From positions 6,572,001 through 6,636,000 of the forward strand of contig NC_081332.1 of the NCBI RefSeq assembly GCF_022539665.2: a DNA stretch of 64,000 nt. The letters run 5' to 3'. Under the pieces are notes generated by a model that searched no databases, had not been told where the DNA came from, and saw only the letters and a list, made by a program, of their open reading frames with translations. This stretch comes from Daphnia carinata (Eukaryota). Positions 1 through 12,817 of the stretch are shown piece by piece (position 1 is the stretch's first letter; each line of letters opens with the position of its first letter). The position numbers were made by a program, and so were the translations under genes.

Positions 1-1806
1 GCCTGTTGATGCGTGGTAATTTTTCATTGGAGAGAGATGAAAGATTACCGTTTATTCTTTGATTCCACAGTTGGTAATAAGCATTATTTCATGTAAATGT
101 AAAATCATTTGTTTCGCTAGATGATTACCAAAAGTATTTTCTTTTTTTTTTTTTTTTTTTTTTTTGGGGGGGGGGGTTCGATTGCAATCAAGAAACTTAT
201 AAGTGTGGATTTGCAAGTTTTAGCCGTTCGTTTTGAAGGTGATTTAAAGTTCGTTTCGAATCACTAAAACCGGAATAGACATATGTATAAGGACGTCTAT
301 ACATCTTATCTTATCATCTGTTTTTGAAGCTCGCTTTCGCCATTTTTCTCTTGAAACACACAACATTCTGGCCTTTGTGATGCATGCGTTGTCACTCGCA
401 CAGACAGCTGATTGAATAACGAACCATCTAGTTCGTTTTGGAACAGACTAAGTCATTCGCTAACTATACTTGTCAATCCCTATTACTAGATTCGCGTCGA
501 ATGGATAAATAATGCGCTTTCCATTCTCCCTTTTGTTTTTCCTTTCCTTTCCTTTCCTTTTTTTTTTTTTTTTTAATATGTACACGACAGTTATTTACAC
601 ACGTATTCTGGTTTACAGCTTGGGTGTAAATGGCAGCAGAGCTTGGGCAATTTTCCTCCGCCAGTCCAGCCCCTTCTCGCGTCTAGACGCGCCTTCTTGC
701 TTTGACAACCAGACTCTATCACTCCTTCGTCCGTCTCCCTCCTTTTTTCTTTATTTTTATTTTATTTTATTTTTTTTGTTTTGTTTTCTTCTTCCCTTTT
801 TTAAACAAAAAAATCGAAGAAAAAAGAAAACCAAGAAGCAAGAAATATATCTACGTATAAAGCAGTAGACGTAATAAGAGGACGAAAAAAAAAAGAGGAA
901 TAGTCAAGAACAGAATGGGCCAAAAAGTAAGAAGGAAGAGTGTCAAACCAGCTGGTACTAACTGTGTGTTTGTTGGATGGTGACGGGGCAGGTTGTGGTG
1001 ACAGTACGGTTTGCATTTCTGTCTGTTTTTGGCTTCTTGTTTGTTTTCTATGCTGCACAGTCCGAAGAGAGAGTGACACATCGTCAACAACAGCCACGTC
1101 ATTAAAAGTGCGTGTAACTCGGTGCACCACGGACTCTCGCAGGCAGCAAAGGCGAAAAAGGTTTCCAACAATTCACGCCGTTTTACCTCGGCCGTCTGCC
1201 GATATATTGCCACTCGGTTTGACATCCATCGATGTAACTTTCGCAAATATGGTGCTGTCTTCGTTTTTTTTTGCTGCCCCTTATTCAACTGCACGTTTAC
1301 CTTTGGAGCGATAAAAAAAAATATATTATTATACACTAGGCTTTATTGTTATTTACGTGTTGGCCTGAGTCCATCGCAAACGCGTAACGTTGTGAACTAC
1401 ACCAAACTACATCTGGTGAAATCAATAGCCTTACAAAAAAAAAAAAAATAAATAAATAAAAAATGTTTACCGGGTTACCTTCCCGATGGATTGCAAAATG
1501 ATTGTGGACAGAAAATATGCCAATCAATTCTTAGATTTTGTTGGTATCTGCGACATACGTGAGTCGCGGCATGATTTCACGCATGGCCTTTTTTGTCAAT
1601 ACTTTTACCGCTATTTCCTTGTTTCAGTTCTTTTTTTTTTTTCCCATTTGATTTCAACGTGGATTGAAGCGCCCAAGTCAAAGGCGGCCATAGAAAAGCC
1701 CTCTCTCTCTCTCTCTTTCTATAAGTCGTGTGTAATTGAAACGGCGGCATTATGTGTTTTGGTTCCTGCTGTCACACGATGTGTTATGAGAAAAAGCGGA
1801 TAAAAA

Positions 1807-1844
<38 letters not shown>

Positions 1845-4528
1845 AAGAAGGCTTTCCCTTTTTATTGCGGCTTGGCCTCAGAGGCCTACACACACGCCAA
1901 CAGAAAATTCAATATAGGGAACGGAACGAATGCGTTGCGAAGAACGCAGAATTTTCTGCGTACGTGTTTCTGAATATACCATCTCCAAAAAAAAACGGAA
2001 GCTTATAACCATGGCTGGCGATGATCTTCATTCAGCAAAAACATATATAGACATTTCTGCTTCCCTGTCAACAATAGATTCTCCATTCCACTTAATAATA
2101 TTTAGAAGCAAAAAAAAAAAAAAAAAAAAACGAAAAAATATAATTCTCGTTTGTTTGATGACAACAGGAACGACGAAGACGAGTGATTAGAAAGAGAAGA
2201 GGGCATGTGAAAGAAAAGCGATTGCCTGCTGCTCGTCGGGTAATGATGTGCTAAGATATGCATTCTCATATTTGCATATCACCTAAGCATGAAGCATTGA
2301 TCGAGTATCGCGAAGGGGTGTGCTCGACTAATTGGCCGGCTTATTCAACGCCTCTCACTTTCCGAAATAGGCATCCCTTTTTTTTTTTTTTTTTTTTTTT
2401 TTTCTCAAGAAGAAGAGATGATTTGCACTCATCGTTGGACAAAGTTACGATGATGAGCTCTTCAATCGATTCGAAAGACGACATTTTCCCAAAACTATGG
2501 TCGCTGTCAAACGCTCGTCCCCGGCACACGGCCGCATTTCTTGCCTTCGCGCTATTTCTCACTAACGAAATCAAATTTTGCTCCGTGTTACGATCAGGTT
2601 GTAGACTGTTGTAAAGAAAGAAAAAAGAACACAGATGTGGGTGTCTGATCATCTGAACGAAATGCTTAGCTCTGCTTCCAGATGCGAATAAGACTGTGAA
2701 TAAGGTGAATAGATACTTGAAGAGGCATCCTCCAAACGCCTAGTAAAAAGAACGCTCGGTAAAAGTGGGCAGGGAAAAAAAAAAAAAGGGAAAAACTTTT
2801 TCGTTCAATGCCCGTAATTACCGGAAGGATGTTGACACCAGGACGAAATAGCATTCCATCTGCAAAAGCAAATAAAAAAAAAAATGAAACAAGATTTTCT
2901 TTAGGAATTAAGACGCGCAATATTTTTGTGCATCGATCGTCACGCAGTGGTTCATTCAAATGGAAAGGCACAAAAACTTTTCGTACGAGACTTAAGAAAT
3001 TTCAAGTCGCCCTGAAAAACGCGGACCAGCCGGATGTAGTACGGTTCAGTTTGTTTTCTTCTTCCTTCTTCCTTCTTTTTTTTTTTTTTTTTTTTTTTTT
3101 GCGTGGAAACTTGTGCGGGGAAAACACTCCGTCTTCCTCTCATGCGTTATTCTCACCAAATCTTATGCCGTGAAGCGACGATTCCGGTTCGTTACGAACA
3201 CCACCGGCTGCAGAAAGAAAGTGAGCTCGTAACCTAATATTTCATGGCGCCCATTCGTATTCCCGACAGCAGTTGCATTTCTCCAGCATAGACTACACGT
3301 AGCGAGTTGATGGTCGATGTCTATGTGCTTTCCAGTAGGCCGCTGCGTCATGCGAATGCTATGGCTTGGGCTAGCAACAATTGATTACGTACATCTACTA
3401 CAACGCTAGTTGGATTCCTCTCTTTCTTTATTCGAAAAATGCCGCATAATGATCGGCACGTTTAAAAAAAAAAAACCATGTATCGGTTAGATGCGGATTT
3501 TCTAATGCTCATCAAGTAGACGTTATACATTGCTGATGAAACAGCTTCAATCGAGAAAGACCCGCCGCTGGACGGAGCAAGTCTTAAACCAAAATCCCGA
3601 TGAGATATTGCCAGCTATTATGAAACTGACTAGGAGATCAAAGGCACGTCTAGCAGATTGGTTTCTCGTTGCAGCCTCGCTCGTGCCTCTCCCATCTAAA
3701 AGCAGCTTTCTGATCAACCCGGATTTGCTCGGTGCAAGTGGCCGGGGCTAGTCGACTGATCACCAGATGAAAATGGGCTTATGTTCGTGTATCTACCGCA
3801 TATTTTTGCGGCGACCCTAAGCCCAGTAATCATCGAAACGACCGACTTCTTTCCCCCGGGGCGGGTGGATGGCATGTTGCAAAAGAAAGCCAAACAGGTT
3901 CTAATTCACTGTTCTAATTACGTAAAGACGAGTGACGAGATGGCCCACGTGTACAGGTTGTTGATTGCGCTTGTTGTCCAACAGTTTCATTCCATTGCCG
4001 AACGGAACGTGACGCACGTAACCGAACGAACAGAGAGAGAGAGACGTGGATTAGGAAAAAAAAAAAAAAAAAAAAAACAATCTTCTCCGCGATAGCTGGA
4101 AAATCTTTATTAGAAATTAATGAATGCCATTCTTCGTCCCTTAGGTCATTGTTCAATCGGTGGTCTCTATTTCAAGGAATTGAAGTATCTGCAATTGCAA
4201 TATCGCAGATCAAACGAACCGTCTGATAATTACTAATCTTTCGACGTAAGGAGAAATTCTAAAATCGTGGCACTAAGGCGGAACGAAATTCGTATTACTT
4301 GGGCGTATATTGCATAAGATTTTGTTTTTATTCTTTTGTTTACCGTATTACGTTGGCTTATGCTTTTGCCCCGCTGTTGAATGCGCGGCGATTCAAAACT
4401 GGATGCAAAAAGCCTTCAACGTTATGAGAGTTGTTCCCACAAGGCAAAACGATCCGGCCCTTTTCGACTCACTGGCCGCCATCAAGCCTTTTAGATTTAT
4501 TTTTCTCCCAGCTGGAATAGCCTCCCAT

Positions 4529-4539
4529 CCCCCCCCCCC

Positions 4540-4582
<43 letters not shown>
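4529..4582 (+). repeat. Compound homopolymer: C12 followed by A42
   Basis: Direct reading. Confidence 0.9.
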
Positions 4583-4584
<2 letters not shown>

Positions 4585-5184
4585 GGGTCAACCATATAGC
4601 GTCGTGCTTGGTTTATTCTTTTATTGCTGAGCTTAGGTATTCACGACCAAGTTACAGGCCTAATATGTGACAAAAGAGTATAGGTACTAGGAACTCGACC
4701 GATGTGCTGGAACAAGAAAAAAAAAAAAAAAAAATGCCCGGCTCGATGTGGGGGCATGCACAGTTATACACGTTACTGCAATCTAAGCGTACTCGCTTGC
4801 TATTTCGTTTGGCTTCACCCGAGCGCTGAGATGTAAAAGCTGCACACATTCATGTTGGTCGCACATTTCATGGCTGTTTGATGGTCAGCTCTAAAAAAGT
4901 GCGTATCGCCACAGTGACTGCTCTTTCCGCGTCCACGTTTTCTCATTAAGGAATGCTTGTTGTAACGAATTTCCACTAATCTGCAAGCAACTCATTACGA
5001 TACGCCCTGGCAGCTTGCAATTTGATATTCGCTGCTTTCATCTAACAGCCAAATTCTGCTTTATGAATGCTTTGATCTGCAGATCAATAATAGCTGGAAA
5101 GATTGAGAATTATTCCTTCATCATGATACTTATGCAGCACGTTCTATATTGTTTCTCGTTTTTCGTTTCTTTCGCCGTTCGCAG

Positions 5185-5420
5185 ATTCCAGTCGCAACAA
5201 TTTGGAACCGCTTCCCCACCAGCAAAGCAAAGCTTCGCCGGCCTCTGCTAATTTAAAACGTGGTTCGGCCTCTTCTGACCTTGACGACGGCCTGACGTCA
5301 TCGTCGGCAGTGGGTACCCATTCGGCGCGATTCGTTACGTCTAACGGCACGCTTATCACAGCGCAGCGCGGTTCAACGGCAAGCCTACCGTGTGAAGTTG
5401 TCAGCCTCGGTGATGGCGTG
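5185..5420 (+). CDS. dpr: Dpr-family exon: N-terminal region and start of Ig1
   Basis: Acceptor ttcgcag|AT and donor GTG|gtaagt; encodes ...RFVTSNGTLITAQRGSTASLPCEVVSLGDGV. Confidence 0.88.
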
Positions 5421-8400
5421 GTAAGTTTAGATAATGAAAAAAATTTAATGTTCAACTGCATCTTCGAAGGCGTGCCTAGCAAGTGGGTCGTTGCCAGACT
5501 GTTACCCCCTGTACAGTATGCCATACGATGGTTTTTCATTAGTTGTTTCAGCTTATGTTTAAATATTAGCTTTTCATTTGCTTTCATTTGTTTCGTTTCA
5601 ACTTGATGAAATTGTGCTACCTTATTTAGATACGTTTCGCCATTGCGTACATGTTCGTGACTAAAGTCCAGTTGAGTTTAACAGTATTCATGACTTGCGC
5701 AGAATACAGCGTTGGGATTAAAAAATTGAAATCTCTAGATTTAAGTGTTCGTCCGAAGTCCAGCGCTTCTTATAAATAAGACGATGCAATCTTCATGACG
5801 AGATATGAAAAATGCAAATGCAACTGTCGACTGAGATCCCGTTCGCTATTTTCGTGGCTACTGAGTTGTAGCAGATAACATTCGTATCACTGAACTTTGA
5901 TGAATGCAAAATTATTAAAGGAAATTAACGATACATACACTCATCCGCATTTCGAAACTTTCATTTCCCGTCAACGCCATTAAGAAAAAAACAAAAAAAC
6001 TCAAATTTTAAAAAATGATAACCTGGTGCTTTTTTATATCTATTATGCGCTCTCCTTCTTGTTATTATTTTAGCAAAGTTTCCTGTTTGATACCACTATT
6101 TTTTTTTTTTTTTCTCTTCTTATTCGGTGCCTACGTGCCTTACCGACCTGATGAATTTCCTGTCTGAAGATCAGATTGGCCTGACGTCAAAGCCGGCACG
6201 AAACGAGTGCTTTCTCTCCCTCTCGCTCTCTCTGTGTCCCACGCTTCTGCGTGTATTTGTATCTGTCGGGGTGGCATCATCAATGCGACTCATCCACTCT
6301 TCTGTCTTGTCGGCGTTTCCCGCTCGATGATTTTTTTGCCCTTATTTGAAAACGCCAAATAGATATAGGAGGACGTGTCATAGAAAAACGCTGCGGCGTG
6401 CAGCCGTATATACGCTAGACATCCGCCGGAGTTATATCATCTTTCCCGTTGCTTGGTTTTCTGCTGGCAACGTCGACTCGCAACTTCGTGCATCCAGACT
6501 TGATAACAAAAACTAGAAAAAAAAAAAAAAAAAAAAAAAGAAATAAATAAAAAATCGCTCTTGAGACGGTTTTTCTTTTTTTTTTTTTTTTGCCATCTTT
6601 TATTTAGAGCTAGTGACAAGTGAGGAAATGGGAGAAGAAGAAACGGCAAGAGAGATATCAAAGAGTGAGTGAGAAATGGTGTTCCGGAATGAAACAAAGC
6701 TAGGAGCGGGTTTTTTCCTTTTCTTTTTTTAACTACTAGTCTGCCACTTTGTACTACCCTCCGCATCCCCCATGTGGGTGTTTATACATGCCAGTTTAAT
6801 ATAAAAGATAAAAGATAGAAAGAAAAATCGTCGATAGAAACTCGATGAAACTGAGAGATGTCGGAACGTCGTCTTTTTCATTTTATTATTATTTTCGTTT
6901 TTTCTTTTTTTTTTGGGGGGGGGCGTTGTCGCTATAGAAACAGAGTAAAAACGGGCATCGGGAATGCATCTCAGATGGGAAGAAAAAAAAAAAAGTCGAC
7001 TAGACAGGAAAGACCGGCAGTGAATGCGAGTCATCAGAAAATCGACCATAACAGAAAACCAGCTGTACTACTATTCAGCAACAGCCGCAGAACGCGACGC
7101 TTTTCGCCAATCGTGACTCACAAAAAAAAAAAAAAAAAAAAAAAAAAATAGATTTCTCTCCCCCTTCCCCCCCCCACCCCCTTCCGATATAGACTCATTA
7201 GACATCCTATGTATTTGACAGAACATCTTTCATCGAAGCAGATCGATATGGTTCCACACAATATTAGGCGTCAGCTGTGGCCCTTTCTCTTTTCTTTACG
7301 ATTCAGTATTGCGTCATAGACGCATCGTCGTACCCTTACGCTACATTTAGTTTTTTCAGGTATCGCCTAATTCAAATTTCTAGCCATTTCAGAGCTAAAC
7401 AAAACTTGTAACAAGGCAATCGAGCCGCTAACTTGTACCCTTATCAGACACAAGTTGTTGTTTTTTTTTTCAAGGTGATTCTATAAAAAAAAACGCTGTT
7501 TTTTTTTTTTTTTTTTTTTTTTAGTTTTCAAATCGGAAAAAAAAGTTATTCACGGACATTTGTATTCATCGTGTCAACTCCATCATTGATCAAAAATCGT
7601 GCGATGACGTACGGATCGTGAAAGGAGAAGAGCGCCAACTTTGAAGAGAGAATAGGAGACACGATGCCATTAATAAAGTCAACACTGGGAAAAGAACTAA
7701 ACTAAAGAAAATCTAACAATAAAAAACAAAACAACAACAAAAAAAAAAAAAAACACTGAAAGAAATCGAAGGTGGAAAGAACAGAGTCTAGTGAATGTGT
7801 CCGATTGCCCAGGCTGCTGCAGCGAATTTTGTTTTTGTTTTCTTTTCGCATGTTGTTATGCTTTTTTGGATGCTGCCTCCTCCCGTATTCTAATTCTTGA
7901 ATTTGTATGGATTTATTCAAGATCAAGTTCAATGCAAAGAAGGAAAGAAAAAGTTTTCACAAGTACCATTATCTTTGTATCTTTTTTTTTATGCATGCTT
8001 TATTTCCCTTCTAACGCATACTTGAAAAAGTTCATATTGCTTGCCTGCTGTTGCCTGTCCTATGCATATCGACGTTTTAGTTACACACTGACCGCACCCA
8101 TCGCAAGCTTTGTTTTTTTTTTTTTGTTTTTTTTACACAACTAGAAGACAAGTTTTAACTTCGTTGAAATATCGATGTCTAGCAGTTGAGGTGTCCGTGC
8201 ATCGATACTCTACAGCTCTTGGGAGCCTCCTTGAATTGCAGGCCATTTATAGACAATGTCGATCGGCGCACGCTGCGCTGTTGACACACACACACACACA
8301 CACACTATACACACACACACACTTTTTGTGTGTTTTCATCCTTTTTTTCCGTATGGATCTAGCCGAGATGTTTGACTTTTGATCGCGACTCATTTAACAA

Positions 8401-11400
8401 AAGCTCGCTCTTTTTTTACTGTTATCGCATGACTTACTGATGTGTATGTAGTTGCAGAACATGATCGAGGTGTCCTATTCTTTTCGAAGACAAGCCGGAA
8501 GATTTATGTTTCATTCGCAAAAGGGCAACGAACATTTTTTTTTTTTTTGAATGCTTCGCCAGCCGTTATACGTAGAAAGCTCGCTGGAGCTGACGCTATT
8601 CAACTTTTTGTTGACGTCATATAGCTCGTTTTAAACAATTGAATATGTGTCGGAAAGAAGTGCACTATTTAGTTTGCAAAATGTCCCACTCTGTTGCTAG
8701 TGCCGAGTGCGCTAAACACAAGTTCGCACGCTCGTTATTCTACATTATGCGACGAGTTATTCTTCCAGTTGGCCTAACGTGTAAACAGCGGGGGGGGGGG
8801 GGGGGGTTCATTAAAAACTAAAAAAAAAAAAATAATAATAATAACCCAAAGGGTTGGCAGCAACAGCACAATTTCATTCCTTTTTGTGCATTATGTAATG
8901 CTCAGAGATTTGCATTGTTTTTTAAATGGGATTAACAACCCAGCAAAACAACACGATTCGACAGGTTACTCATTATTTAGACCATTGAAAGAAAGTCTTA
9001 CTCTGTAGCACTTTAAAATGTAGGCAACTTTGAGGCTGGAATAAGTTAGCAAGTCGTTGTAACTACATTGAAACAGAATGCGATCGATATGGGTTCGTAG
9101 TAACTCGACTACGGACTAAGGCAAACACGGCTCGCTTAGAGATCAATGTGCGCTATGGGAAGTTGCTGTTTCCGCTTTATCTCAACCTGCTTCTCATCCG
9201 ATCCTCCTCGGCTACCCCCTCTCTTTTCATACCTCATGCTTTGTCGCGGACTCATCGGCGTGTAAGGAAGCCAAGAGGACGAGCCAAAATGAGAAGACCG
9301 AGCCTATAATAGATGGGCTAACTGCGAGTGCGGCAAGTGCAGTGTCTGTAAAGCCTGCGCGTGGGCGGCAGCAAGCAGATTAGTTACGCCGTTCAACCGT
9401 TTCCAAAACTCTCTTCTTCTAACAGTTTCAAATGAAATTCAGTCCGCAGCTCAGCCGGCTGATATGGACTACCATTTTTTTTTTTTTTTTTTTTTTTTGC
9501 TCTTTACACCCAAGCTGGCTTCCTCTCAGCTACCAACAGCAAGCTATATAGAGAACGTTTTCGAGCTTTGCGAGTCCACGTAACATTAAGTAATGGCAGC
9601 CTCCTCGTTGCCCTCTATCTGATGCGCTTCGCCAGCCTGAGCTAAAGCGAAAGGGGGGGGCCTGAACGAACCATTCATTGCGATCCAATCTTCTGGTCTT
9701 TTGGGCACATCAACCAACCAACAAAGTGGAGGCTATATACAAACAAACGGCAGTCTTTCTACGGATATATACAATATAAGATTGTACATTCCTATTTTCT
9801 TGCTCTATTTTTTATTTATTTATTTATTTATTTATTTTTTTTTGCTGTTCGCGTCGAGTGTGAAGTACGATATTCTCACTGTGTCTTACATGTAGTTTCC
9901 CACTATTTCAGTTTGCAAGATTTTTTTTTTTTTTTTCTTCTTCTTCTTCTTTTTATTCGCATGAAAACATTGCTGTGATGACATACTGCGATGACCTGCT
10001 GGCGAAAGATGATAGTGAAAAAGAAGGAAACGCCCGCAGCAACACGGGCCGTCTATCAGGTCTGGATGCGTGGTGTTGCACAATAAAGCTGGGCCAGCCG
10101 GAATACTGGATAGTAATCCCCACGCGCACGTTCCCGTTCGCGTTCCTTCCCATCCAAATCGATCGGCTAACCGAATTTTTTTTTTTTTTTTTTTTCTTGC
10201 ATTTATTCTAACGCTGGCCCGTCGTACAGCTGCCGGTTAGACATCGAAACGCACTCCTACATTGTGCCTATATAGACGTAAAAAAAAAAAAAAAAAAAAA
10301 AAAAAGGAAAGGGAAAACCTCACGGACAGTCTATCGGTTTCAAAGTATCACAATGAAGCGTGTCGAATATCAACAGTTTATATCCCGAAGCTGCTGGGTG
10401 TGTGGTCTGTTGGTCATCACGCCCAAACTGTTTGCTGCTCCAGAGCCTTTTGCTGTCCGGGTGCTAATATATACCAACATACAGAGTTACAGCCCTCCCT
10501 CTCGAAAACCATATTGGATTAGAGCAAGCGCCCCCCCATATATTCCACGATGCAACGCCAACACGTCCACCAAGAAAATTGAATAAAGGGCTACGCAATT
10601 TTCGTTGACTTTTCAATTTTCACTAAAGCCGCAATGGGTTAAAATTTGTTATTAAATTTTTTATATATTTATTTTTTTTTTTTTCCTTTCCCCGGAAAGC
10701 CTTTTTGACTTGCACGATAGATCTAATCTATACAAGAGTGTCATGCAACTCGACTTCACTCTTTCTCGGAGCGCTTCAAGTGTCTTATCTCGTCGTGTGA
10801 TGAGACATTTGAAGTACTTGACAATGACTTTGAGAATTGCCAAAAGTCCTCCCAAATTTTCGCCGCAGTCAGTTCGATGAGAAAGGCACTAATGTACAAG
10901 CGTGTGTCTGTTGTTAGCCCGACGTTGCAATGCACGGCTTTTCAAGACGAAAGGGAACACGACCCGCCGGGCTCATCTGTCGACACGTAACCAGAAGCAA
11001 AATGCAGCTATAGAAAAAATATGTTTTGACTCCGAGTTGTATACAATTTTTAGCGCCCCTGATGGATGATGTTCGCAGAAATTCTATATTTTTCACATAT
11101 ACAGTATATTTATAGTTTTTTTTTTTTTTTTTATCCCGACGTATTGTGCTTAGCAGCCAATGCGTGAAGGCCTGCAAGTCAATATATAACGTTGAACTGC
11201 ACAGTCCACGAGAAAAAAGGTAGATGCACGTACAGTATAGGGAGCTGGTTGGTAGATAGTGGCTCTGCTGCTAGCTTTTTGATGGATAGTCCCGTTACAC
11301 AAGCGGAAACGGTGCGCCACTTGCGCGCGTCTAGAACGGCCGCCAATAGACGTCAAAACAGGCCGTATAGTGTGCGTCGTATAAGTGACCTTATATACAC

Positions 11401-12778
11401 CTCACGTAGAGTCCCGCGTACCATCCAACAAACCAAACATCTATAATAAAAAGCCGCGCGATAGTGCTTTCGTGAACATTAAGCCACCTCTTCCTGCAGT
11501 ACATCGGGGGACAGCAGACTGAATGATGAACTCACCAAATGGCAGTAGCGTGACTCACGAAGAAAAAAATATATATATATATATACAGTATATCTGCCAT
11601 GGGCGTCAAACTGCTGGCGGCTGTCGAAAAAGCTTCAAACGCATGTCTCTTTTTCATTGATAATGGCCTTGTTAGGAATGACACACAGCCCGCCTCTCAC
11701 CTATTGTCGTCCACTGTGAAAGACCTTGATTGACGACCAAAAATAGTACGCGTTAAAAGCACAGAAATAACTCGGTTAATTTTTTTTTTTAAATTGTCTA
11801 CTTTTTTTTTTTTTTTTTTTTTGAATAAAAAAAGAGAGAATAATGTGGTGGATAGCAACGGCCTTTTGTTTAATTTCTATGACGTGATTTACATACATAG
11901 GGAACGCGTGCGAAGAATAGTGTGACGGCATGCACGGAACGCAAGTCAAGAGTTCCCCGAACTTAATTTGATCGTGTTTTGTTAGAACCTCCGCTTGTTC
12001 GCGTATTATCAGAGAAAATGCAATTGCGTTTGGGTTGTGATGACGCCGTGCTTTGCGATTGACGTTGCCAAGGCACCCGAAATGCCACGACCATAGCTGA
12101 TTTTTTTTTTTTTCTTTTTTTCCGTAATGCGTCAACTTAGCGATGGCTAAACTCATTCAAAACTAATCGACTTTCGGGGATGTTGACATTCACCCGCAAA
12201 GTTGCAAAAACAGACACAGTAATACGCGATGAATTGCGTCATAGAAAGAAGACGAAACAGTTCCCCTCTTTGCACGCGGCCCAGCGACCACCACCTCAAC
12301 ATTTTTAAATTTTTCCGCTTTGTTTGGTTTCCAACTTGACGGAGTCCGTTCCTCTGCTGCTATTCCGCATCCGCGGATAATCCCTCGTGTGTGTTGCGGC
12401 ACAGTTGCATCTTTATTACACGACATATTTTTTCTTTTTTTTTTTCATTGAAATCACGTGTGGTCTACATTCTTATTAAGAAAGGGGCTTCGAGATGTGA
12501 CCCTTTCAAGTCACGTACATCTACCGTCTCATCCTTTCTGATAAATCACTCACGCGAAATGGCCGCTTTCCCAGGTTTGGACTTAGCTGTCTCTCTCCGT
12601 AGTGCATATACTATAGTTTCGTTTGGCATTGAAAAAAGTTATTTTCCGTACGAGGGACGACTCCTCTTTACTTCCTTCTTTTCATTTCGACCGTTTTCCT
12701 TTTTCCGGTCTTTCTTACAAAAGACCATAGCTAAACTTGTAAAGTTGAAAACTGGCTATACTGCCCCGCGTTTTACAA

Positions 12779-12817
<39 letters not shown>

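Noticed and set aside
977..1105. 42-aa ORF with a signal-peptide-like stretch (MVTGQVVVTVRFAFLSVFGFLFVFYAAQSEE...) as the missing Dpr first exon
   Set aside because: The best donor after the hydrophobic stretch is phase 0, while the 5185 acceptor needs phase 1. It would need an unseen intermediate exon, so the start remains unresolved.
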